Part shown: positions 1 to 10,165 of the stretch, piece after piece
Layout of the letters: each line of letters starts with the position of its first letter
Position numbering within the stretch: position 1 is the stretch's first letter
Source: Kudoa neothunni
Lineage: Eukaryota; Animalia; Cnidaria
Length of the DNA stretch: 46,397 bases
Reading direction: 5' to 3'
Assembly (NCBI GenBank): GCA_964304625.1
Contig: OZ199840.1
Span: 1,633,159-1,679,555 of the forward strand
Notes under the pieces: model-generated
Databases searched by the model: none
Seen by the model: the letters and a program-made list of their open reading frames with translations, nothing else
What the model was told of the DNA's origin: nothing
Made by a program: the position numbers and the translations under genes

Positions 1-2549
1 AACTTATTCCTAACAATCTCATAGATCTTTTTTCATTCATAATATATTTTTATATTTCATTCAAGGTTTAATTTTTATAATTTATTAACAAAGTTAAAAA
101 TAAATAAATAATTCTTTTTATATGTTAATAAATTGAAGATAATTGGTATAAAACGAAACTTATTTGTCTATAACATTCATTAATTGACAATTGTTTACCA
201 AACTTATTTCTGCTTCGATTTCGCCCAAATCTCAAATGATATATTTCATAAGAGATTCTAATTATTTATTAGCCGTACAATAGGTACAAAGCATGCTAGA
301 CCTTACATTTTTATCCTTAACTCGGTGTATGAGTCTCGGGTCCCTAGAATCCGTCTTCCCAACCATCAATAGGAATGCCCTGCTTTAATGGAATCTGCAT
401 GTATATTTTGGCTAAAATATTAATTTCTATTAGGTGGAGAACAAGAACAACCAACAAAATATATCTTTTGAAAAAAGAAATATGAATACTCATTTTTTAA
501 ACGCTGCGAAAAAGTTTACATTACTATATAACTAACACATACCAAAATTGGGTTGATAGATTTAAAAACCCAAAACTCACTGCCATGCAAAGTTGGGTAA
601 CAGCGTTTTTATATTAAAAATATGTATTAAATTAACTAAGATATAGCATGTTTGATAGAGTATTGATTACTTCTTAATAATGAAGCATAACTGTAGTTTT
701 AAACGTATGTCATTCAGTTAATAAAATAAAGTATATGCATAGCTGTGGATAGAAAAATTGATTAAGCTCATTAAATCTTTATTTTCGCAGTGAAAAGCAC
801 ATTTTTGGAATTATAATTGAAAATAAATACCTCTCTACCTGTTTATATATATATATATATTAATTGGAATAGCACTCATTTGAAATTACCCTTTTTATGG
901 CTTCTCTAATAAAATCACGTGTGAATATTATTTGTCGTAAAAAAATGTGATATTTTTGTAATAGATTTTATTGTATGAAAGATTGTCCAAAATATCATTT
1001 CTCATAGAGATAATTATGATTGATTTAGAATTTTTGTATTTAATTGTGTACGGATCCTTGTTAATCCTTTGTAGTTAACGTTATCAATTAAGTTAAATCA
1101 TTCTCAACAAACAACTAACCAAATTGAATTTCTCTCTTTAGAGTTAAATTAGAATTAAATTAGATCTAAATTAGCTCTAAATTAGTGATTTTAAGTAGCT
1201 ACTAAAATATATAATTTTGGATTTATTTGTGATAGAATATCTGATGGATTATAATAGGATAAATTAACGGCATTTAATCATTATTTATTAGAATCCCCAA
1301 GATAGTAGTAAATTAGATCTTTTTATATATAAACTACTAGTATCCCTAAAAAGATTCATTATTGTTTTTTACTTATAATGTTACGAATATTATCTGCATC
1401 GATCTTAACAATTCGTGTTATTTTTGTAAAATAATATTAAAACATGTCGAGTTTTTATTAGAAGAAATTAAGTTAAATTAATATATCGCAATTTCTGTTC
1501 ATAATATATATTATTTTTTAATGATTGTTTTAATTATTATAATCGTCATAAAAATGACACAATTAAAATATTTATTATGAATATGTTGATTATACATAAT
1601 ATTAGTGATCAATAAATTACCTTGAATAATACATGTTAATATATTCAAGAGTTTATTTACATAAAGTAAATTAATTTTCAGACTAACACAATTATTTCCC
1701 TTACGAATCGTGATAATGGGTTAATTTTATTTTCACTCAATAAATACGTTCGATGTTTATTATTTTCGTGCCAATGTTCATTTACAATTGAATTTAATAA
1801 AAAAATTGTATCTCCGAGGTCCTTTAGTTCGGATATTTTCTCCAGAATAATTTTAATTTTTTTAAATTTTATCGGCTTAAAAACAGATTAAAAATAACTT
1901 TAATTTTTTCGGCATATTTTATAACATATTATATAAAAGATGATCGTAAAAATATAGTTTATCATAGTTTAACAATATTTACATAAATATTTTAGAGGCT
2001 GGTAAACTAATTTAAAAAAAATATACGAGGATTATCGTTGCGTATTATCTGTTAAAATCTCATTATCATTATATGTAATTATACAATATATCAACTTCAT
2101 GAAGAAAAATATATACACTAAAACTCAATCTGTTACACCTCATATACAAATTTTCGATTTAAATATTTTTAGATATGTAATAATTTTGAAAATGAGAAAT
2201 TTACAGCAATAATTAGCGCGCAAGCACACATAATTGTTCAATGTAAGCATATTGATTATACTAATTTAGTTTGTTCACAAATCAGATACAAAATAAATTT
2301 TCAATGTATTTAAAGACAAACTAAAGTTGTTAAAAGGTTAGGATTGAGAAGAACGGGATTTTTATTTAATTTTTTACTATAATCAAATAATACAGGCTAG
2401 TAATAAATGTTTTAGTATGTTCATCATTCAAATCGATACAAATAAATATATTTAAGTCATACAATATTTTCAGACAACAAATAAAAAAGTATGATATTCA
2501 ATTAATACAATAGGAATAAATCTAATCATAGATTCAAATAATTAATCAA

Positions 2550-3242
2550 TCAATTGGAATCCTGTCGAATTTCAAGTTTTCTAATGTTGGGATTGTTGTT
2601 TTGATCGAAAAATTCGCCCTCCACATACAAATAACCATCAGCTTTCAGAGTTGGATTAAGTGTGGACTGATTCACATTTGAAGGTATAGAGAAGATTTGC
2701 TGCATTCTCTCTTTTTCATTCCCCACGATATTTGTTTCAACAACTATTTTATTGGAGTCCACATGCACGTCAATATCCTCGGGTTTGCAATCCTTCACAT
2801 CGAATTTTACGATAAACCGATCCTTCTGACTCAATTCTTCGATAGGTGATCTTTTCCTTGGGATGATTGGATCGAATTTTACAACCAAGTTTCCTCGTTG
2901 GCTGATCCAATGTTTCATAGAATCCAGCTGTAGGTTTTCAGGGAGTGAAAACTCTCTATAGAATTCCATTTTATCATGGCCTTGTTCGTTTTTCTCGTAG
3001 CTTTTTCCATTAACACACAGCATTCCATTTTTCACTTCCACAGCAATGTCATCAGGTTGGAATTGGCCAATATTAAGTGTAAGTTGGTAGGGTTGTGGTG
3101 TCGACTTTTTTTCTCTCTCAATTGGAACTAATGTCTCCAAACAATCGCAGATATTTTCGAAAAGATCTTTTCTACAATGAAGAATATCATCACAGAGCGA
3201 TCCAAAAAAAGGTCTCTTCATTGGTACTAAGCTCACAATCAT
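2550..3242 (-). CDS. Small heat-shock protein (HSP20 family) with two tandem alpha-crystallin domains, intronless
   Basis: 230-aa ORF. Domain 1 reads YQLTLNIGQFQPDDIAVEVKNGMLCVNGK...EFYREFSLPENL. Domain 2 reads FIVKFDVKDCKPEDIDVHV...FSIPSNVNQSTLNPTLKADGYLYVEG. C-terminal I-x-L/I-type motif in IRKLEI. Confidence 0.92.
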   Translation of the reverse strand: MIVSLVPMKRPFFGSLCDDILHCRKDLFENICDCLETLVPIEREKKSTPQPYQLTLNIGQFQPDDIAVEVKNGMLCVNGKSYEKNEQGHDKMEFYREFSLPENLQLDSMKHWISQRGNLVVKFDPIIPRKRSPIEELSQKDRFIVKFDVKDCKPEDIDVHVDSNKIVVETNIVGNEKERMQQIFSIPSNVNQSTLNPTLKADGYLYVEGEFFDQNNNPNIRKLEIRQDSN

Positions 3243-3273
3243 TCTGTCTGGATATACACAGAGCTACCACTCC

Positions 3274-3355
3274 TTATATACTACTCAGAACATCTCGAAA
3301 ATCCATCAAAATTCTAGATCTCGGTTGTAACTTCCAGAAGGTACTAGAAGTTTTT
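3274..3355 (-). promoter_or_regulatory. TATA box and heat-shock elements of the sHSP gene
   Basis: TATATAA on the minus strand at 3274-3280, about 30 nt before the ATG. Alternating nGAAn/nTTCn array cTTCc-aGAAg-gTACt-aGAAg at 3331-3350, plus partial units at 3287-3319. Confidence 0.75.
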
Positions 3356-4094
3356 TAATCCTCACTCTTCCGATTTAAACCGAAAACACTATCAAATATT
3401 ATATATTTTAAGAACCAACGATAATTATGGTTGAGTTAGTTCACTAAAATTATGCAAATTTATACGAAAAATAATACTACAGTAAAAGTAACTTTATAAT
3501 TAAATATCAGTAAATGATAAATATTTGGTCACGTGCCGACAACCCGACATCGTTCAATCGAATTTTAAGTCTCATTATGCGAATACCTTGATATTGCTTA
3601 CTTTGAATTTGGGCTATTTACATAGATAATTAAGCCATTCTTTTTTATTAGGTATTTTCGCGTAATGTCGTGATACATTTTCTAATAAAAATAATAAATC
3701 AAGTTGGTTGACATGGTAACTGTTGGGTGTTAACAAAATCAAATATTAAATGTATCCGAGATCCAATTAATTTACGTTATGTTAAACAACTAAAAAACAA
3801 ATTAATATGTCAAATACACTAAATACATTAATTAGAGTCGGTAAGTATGATTATTTGGTGTGAGATTTAAGGTAAATGGATTAGTAGCTAGGTTTGATAA
3901 GGTCCAATAATTATTTTAGGATTATTATAATTTTGGTTTTACACAGATGAATTAATAGATATCTTTCCTATGGAAATAAAATTAACTAAATTAAACTATG
4001 CAATTCCAATTAATAATTTTCACATAAACTAATAGTTTGATAAGGATTAGCGTAAAATCTGTTGGTGTTGTGGGTGGTAGATCCTGGGTGACCA

Positions 4095-6666
4095 ATGGAG
4101 TTATCGTTGGATTTCGATTTGGATGATTTGAACGAGGCTGATTTAAATGCAATAATAGATCATTTATGTAAATATTCGCGTGCATGAAATGATAATGACT
4201 GGGAAATGTTGTAGGTGTGTCGGCTGACTCGACAAATGTCATAGGGGAGTTTTGTGAGGAGAATATTGAGTTGATTCGACAGAACGTATTCACAGTATAG
4301 TTTGATTACCGTATATTGGTAATGAGTATATTATTGGGGATTTGATCAGAAATTTAAAGAGCTCAAAGTCACTCTAGCTATTGTGAGAGTAAGATTTGTG
4401 CGTGAAAAATTTTCCAATAAACCTCATCGCCATACTTGATATTAGGCGTATAGAGAAAAAACTAAGCAGTTGAATTTGAAATTAAAAAACCATGATGAAC
4501 GTGTGAAACGACTTGAAGACGAAGTAGCTACACATAGTTTCAACTATTAGATGTTATACTTTTAAAATTTCATGTTAGAACAATCAACTACAATATAAAA
4601 TCAAAATTAAAAATAAACTACTAAACGAGATGTTAGCGTTTGACGAATGTGATGAGAAAACAGAAAATATTCAACCCTCATTAAATTCGCCACAAAAAGA
4701 CATGAATTTTTGGGAGAATATAAATTCAGTTGGTGATAATATTTCGCTTGGATCTAATGATAGATTGACTGTTGAACGAAATCTGTTTCAACGATTGCCC
4801 CCCGAAACCAGCTCCAGTGACGTGGAATCAGTTTATCGTTCTAATTCTGGCCGCTCTCAACTGCTAAAAACTAAATCATGTAATTTTTCTGGTGAATTTT
4901 TATTTTTATTCATAGCTTGAATTTTGTTTTATGTAAAGATGATGATGGGTTTAATTTATATGCAGAAAAGGTGTTTGTTTGATCAATATTTAATTGTACT
5001 TATTATGTGTGCTCATACAGATGCAAGAGCTGTGTTTGCATTCGAAAACTCTAACCAAAGATGAGCGAAATTTGATCGAACAGCTGTTGGTTAATTTCAC
5101 CGAGCATATAAATCAAAATAAATTCGTTAATGAATTCCTTTCGACAAATATTGAAGAGGCATTACAGCAGAAAGTATTATTTTTCACTCAACAAATTTTC
5201 GGTTATAATAATTGATAAACTAATGGTAGGATGAAATCAACTATCTTGTGTCTGAAATGGAAAAATTGGAGGAGGAAAAAATCCAAGCAATTTTATGGTT
5301 AGAAATTTTTAATTGATTTATTTTAGCTTGCCACTGCCAACGAAACAATCACCACTAAAATGGAATTGTTGACCGAAAGACTTAATGATGTTAACGAAAA
5401 AGTATTGCTCTTTTGATGAGAGATTTTTAAGATTTTCTAATTAAGCTGTATAATATGACGAAAAAATGTGAATTATATGAAGAGCGCTACCGAATCAATA
5501 AGGTAAATTCTAAATGAACTAACTGTAAAAATATTTTCATAAAGACCTCCACAAATGGAATCATCCCTAATGAATATAATCGCATGCTTGGCGACGGTCA
5601 CAATAATGCTTTGGATGAATTTGGAGAAGACCGACAATTGATTAAATCTCCAAATTTAAGTTCCGGTTTGTCGACCTCCTTTTCTAAAGGTGCTAGGGAA
5701 TCTTCTTTGGATGATGAACAGCAGGATTTCAATGGAACAAGTTTTTTTGTTTTATTAATGAATTCTGTAATATTATTTCACATTAGGAAGTCAAATAAGA
5801 AAAACCCCACTTGCTACACCAAAGTTCAAATTAGTCAAATCAATGGAGGGTATTAATTGCTAGATTTCGTTGAGTTTTATTATTAAACGCCCCTTTTTCG
5901 GCGATAGGCTCTAGTATGTTGGGTAAATGGAAAAATCTCGCTACGACTTCAAGAGGACTTCAAATAACCAAACAACTATTCAAAGACGATTACACTGCGG
6001 ACAGCGCCATTAATAATACTAACAAAGAACAATCTCTCGAACCTTCTTCTCCTTTCTTTTCCTCCAATAATGCTGATAACAATCAGTGGCAATCAGGTTT
6101 GCCTTAAATTTACGTTTCTTTATTATATTTCAACTACAATTGTAGATCAACCAAACAGTCCCAAAGACTCAAAAATGGACGCTAATGTAGCCAAGCGCGG
6201 CCCTAAAATAATTCCTGCAGTCACGCGTTTGGGTCATGCTTTTCAGGTGAACAAAAAATCAAATGTCAACCAAAAACCGCAAGAGCAAAAACCCCGTGGA
6301 ATTTTGAGTCGTTTTGGTGCTGTTGGTGATCCGTTTGATGTGTTAAAATCATCTTCACCTGCAGTCAACCATCCCGCGTCAACCATTGCTTCTTCAAATG
6401 TTGTTCAAAACCATGAGAACATTCCACCTAACAGCAATCAAGACGGTCAGCTGGATGAAGATCAAATAGAAGATCTCTTGAAACAGCTAGATGACACTGT
6501 TGGTGTGGTGACAAAAAACCAAAAGACCGACATAAACCAAGCACAATCGAAACCTATCAGTCATTCTTCACAACGCACAACCTCCAGTGAAGAATCAACC
6601 AAAACCAATGTTTATAGCGGTGTAAAGAATTTTTTATCCTCTTATTTGAGATCATCTTTCAAATAG
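4095..6666 (+). CDS. TRAK: TRAK/Milton (HAP1_N family) kinesin-binding mitochondrial trafficking adaptor, ~14 exons
   Basis: Manual splicing gives MELSLDFDLDDLNEADLNAIIDHLCVSAD..., then NNQLQYKIKIKNKLL and EEALQQKDEINYLVSEMEKLEE (HAP1_N-like coiled coils; compare TRAK1 QLRHELSMKDELL and EDAARQQEEITHLLSQIVDLQ). It also gives KFKLVKSMEGSSMLGKWKNLA, matching the Milton motif KLQIVKPLEGSxTLHHWQQLA. The exact exon 2 donor is uncertain. Confidence 0.8.
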
Positions 6667-6974
6667 AATATGTGTATTTTAAAACTAATAAAATATTTTT
6701 TATTTCACGCTTACTGTGTTATATTTGATTTTTTGAAGTTGTTCTGGCATAAGTGTAAAATAGTATCTTTCTTATGTACTAAAAGTTTATATATGCGACA
6801 TATTTTTCCCATAAAAAGATTTTGACAAGCTTTTAATGTCCGAGATTAGTTATAACTTCTTTTAATTTCAAATCAGCTTTTTTTTGTATTTTTCTTTGAA
6901 TAGATTATAGCACATGTATTTAAATTTAAAGTCCAATTAAAATCTTATTAAAACAATATTTATTTTTTTTATTA

Positions 6975-8772
6975 CTAGCGCTAATGCCCAGTTTTGCCTG
7001 GTACTGTGTGTTGGAAAATGTTGACTTTAATTTTATTTTTCTAATTTAATTGATGCATTTTAAAGCTTTTCAGTATTTTTGCAATGTAATGATCTAAAAA
7101 ACAAAATTATGCGCGTACTTTCCATTCAAATATAAGTAGAGGTATTGAGGGAAATTAATGAATATTTATGAGTTTATTTTGCAAATTATGACCAAAAATA
7201 TAATGAATTTAATTAATGATTAAAGTTCATTTATTTATTAAACAACATCAATAAATAACTTAAATAGGACTTTCAGTTCATTTCAAAATTTAGCTATAAA
7301 AATTAATCCTTCTAGTTATAAAATTTATTATTAGTCTACAAAGGATAATAAAATAAAATCAACTTAAGATGCGCAAGAAATAAAAATATTAATTGTTACT
7401 CCTTTTTTTCAATTTTATAAAGGATGTTAATGAGACTTTAATAATCTGTGAGTGGTCACTTACGTATTCATTAATTTAACATAATTTCCCGATTTTTGAA
7501 TAAATAAAAACCTTCTTTTTAACAATAATACTTATTGGTTCAAAAATATACAAACTTAATTATCAAAATACGATTAAATCTAAAATCTAAATTGTAAAGG
7601 TGTTTTATGGTCGAAAATTACAGTAATGCTTAAATATTTTAATATCAACTGGTTTCCTCGAAGGAGTGCACCCTTTTCAAAATAAATGCACTATTTGATT
7701 GTTCTGGAAAATTTCGTTGTATTGAACTATTCTTAGCTTAACGATAACTTTGTGAAAATATAGGTTAGATCGAATAGACCAATAATTTCTCATTTACTTA
7801 CATGACACATATTGAGAAAGATTGTATTTTCATGCAGTTTTTATATCATAATGAATTAGTTTTAGCGAAAAGAAAATTACATATTGATTTGAATATTAAT
7901 CTTAAGGTCTAGGGGTAAGGAGTAATTAGGTTACTAAGAACTTAATCATTATTTAAATATTATCTTATTAAATTTAGAAACTCATCGATTTAGTGATGCA
8001 AGATGTTTTGTAAGAAATTTTAGGAAAACCAAAAAATGAGTAAATATTATCGAAAATACGAATTTGGTTTCAATTTCAATCGATGTAAATAATAAAAAGA
8101 AATTTTCATTTAAGAAGTTATCACAAAAATTTAATTATTTGAAAACTCTACACACATCTTACATCGTTTTTAGAATGCGTATAAAATCCCAAATTATTCC
8201 AACAAGACAACAACTTATAATCTCAAATTATGTGTTTTATTTAAAATGGTCTCAAAACTTTTTGCTTAAAATGTATCTATAATGCTTGGAAAATGAATCT
8301 ATATTTAAATAAATGTAATATGCCACAAATTTTAAGGGAAATGCAAAAACTCTTGTAAATGTAACTTTAATAATTTTATTTGTCTTAAAATTACTCCAAA
8401 CTGGTATATGTAACATTTTTGAAACATTATATACCAAATTTTACAGATTCTCTCTCGTATGGAGTGGATAAAAGTTCATTCTAATTGATTGTCACTTTAA
8501 AGTAAACAAATATCAATATTATGCAAGTATTTTTTATTCTGTTATTCGACGTCGAAAACCAGAAAAATCATTATTTCTGATTTTCATATTGATTATTTTA
8601 GCAATTATAAGTGATTTAACTATTTTTTATAATAGTATCATCCTTCTAAATGTGTACTAAAAGCTGTATTTAAAATAACTTTCTCCATGGCAAATGTGCA
8701 CTTGTGGACACAGACAGACACACTGACAGACAAAGGTTTATATACATATATTTTTATTCATATATTTTTTGA
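6975..8772 (-). mobile_element. Putative non-autonomous Helitron-like element
   Basis: The minus-strand 3' end has a hairpin (CCAG-GCAAAA-CTGG) followed by CTAG|T at 6975. The other end (8647-8750) carries a GACA microsatellite and a TA-rich tail, and is homologous to 19629-19736. Joining the two ends into one element is inferred. Confidence 0.4.
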
Positions 8773-9065
8773 TTTTTTCATGCAATTGACCATTTTAATA
8801 TATTTTTTCGATTCATTGGCTAAATTTAGTATTAAGGCTTATGAAAATAATATATAAACTAAAAAATAAATTATATTATACTATTCTGAAGTATTTTTTC
8901 AAATCAATTGCAAAATTGACGTTCGAAAAGTGCAATAACATAACTGACTAAAATCTGAACGTTAATTCCAAAAAATAATGTCTGCCAGACGATATTTAAT
9001 AAACGTAAAAATTATAGAAATTTAAAAATTATAGAAATTGTACTATTTTGAAGGTTATATACATC

Positions 9066-9680
9066 AGAAACAAGATCGAAAATTTGTGCGCGCTGACATG
9101 CGCGATGGTCGATTGATACCGAAGAGTGATTTTTGGTAACATTCTAGAATTGGATATTTGAAATTTTTTGTCGTCAATCAATCTTATAAAAATGAGTTAC
9201 CTCATAGAATATAAGAATCGGGATTTTGCGAATGCGCGAACATGTCGAAATTTTGGAGCTGGATACTCCCCATTATCTTGTATTGTTTTGATGGAAACCC
9301 GGATGTTAGAAACAAAAAATACAAGGAGATTGAGTTGGTAAAAATTGTTGTTTACCAATTTATAATGTAATAATCTGGGTTCAAATTGATCTGTAGAAAC
9401 CTTCGAGGGCGCCTTTTTAGCGACTTTTGAAGGTGACTACAGTTGATTGTGTCTAGGATTTAAATATATGCGTTTCCCCGGATACTGCCATATATTTAAG
9501 ATCTTGATGACATTTTGTTGGTTTACATCCCGAAATAATTTGAGATTTGCGTAATATAAATGCAAACCTGGATTTATTTCAAGTTTTCTGTTTGTTTGCT
9601 ATAGTCGTTGAGCGTTAATTGTTTCAGAAGTGTTGCTAAATTACTTGGTTACTTCGCTGTATTCGATTTAATGTTGTTTT
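9066..9680 (+). ncRNA. Candidate large structured non-coding RNA, family unidentified
   Basis: No ORF of 60 aa or more, and more GC-rich than its flanks. At least 8 consecutive hairpins with G-U pairs that only work on the + strand, candidate pseudoknots, and 5'/3' end complementarity (see findings). Confidence 0.6.
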
Positions 9681-10165
9681 ATATCATAACATTCTTTATA
9701 TATTTTCCGTTGAAATAATATCACATTAGGTTAATCAAATAAAATATTTCATTATATAAGCAAAAATTATCTTAAAATATTAGAAATCCAATATAATTTA
9801 ATGTATAATTTTCTGATTAACAAAATTACATTTTTATTTTATGCATATCTTATGTTACCCGTCTATGATCCAATTTTGGTAAATATTTAAAATTGAGATC
9901 CAGATAGCTTTATAAACTAAATAATCGGTTAATTTTAATCGGTTTTACATCATAATTATCGTAATGAGAAAAATGTATTCCCCTAAAGTAATATGACATA
10001 AATTTATGTTAACTTTTTTTATTTAATTTATATATTTTAAGAAGTAAAGATTATATAATAAATTATACAACTGTATTGAACTGGTATTCGATACAATACA
10101 TTTATTACAGACCATTTGATTATTGAATTGAACAATAATTTTCGGAATGGATTATCTTAAATAAA

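Noticed and set aside
3991-4293. 100-aa minus-strand ORF
   Set aside because: Antisense shadow of the first TRAK exons.
9391-9442. U5 snRNA (loop GCCTTTTTAG)
   Set aside because: The invariant U5 loop I is GCCTTTTAC, and no Sm site follows the stem.
9430-9610. Group I intron P7 (GACTA ... TAGTC)
   Set aside because: The flanking R and S consensus residues and the P/Q elements are missing, and there is no host gene.
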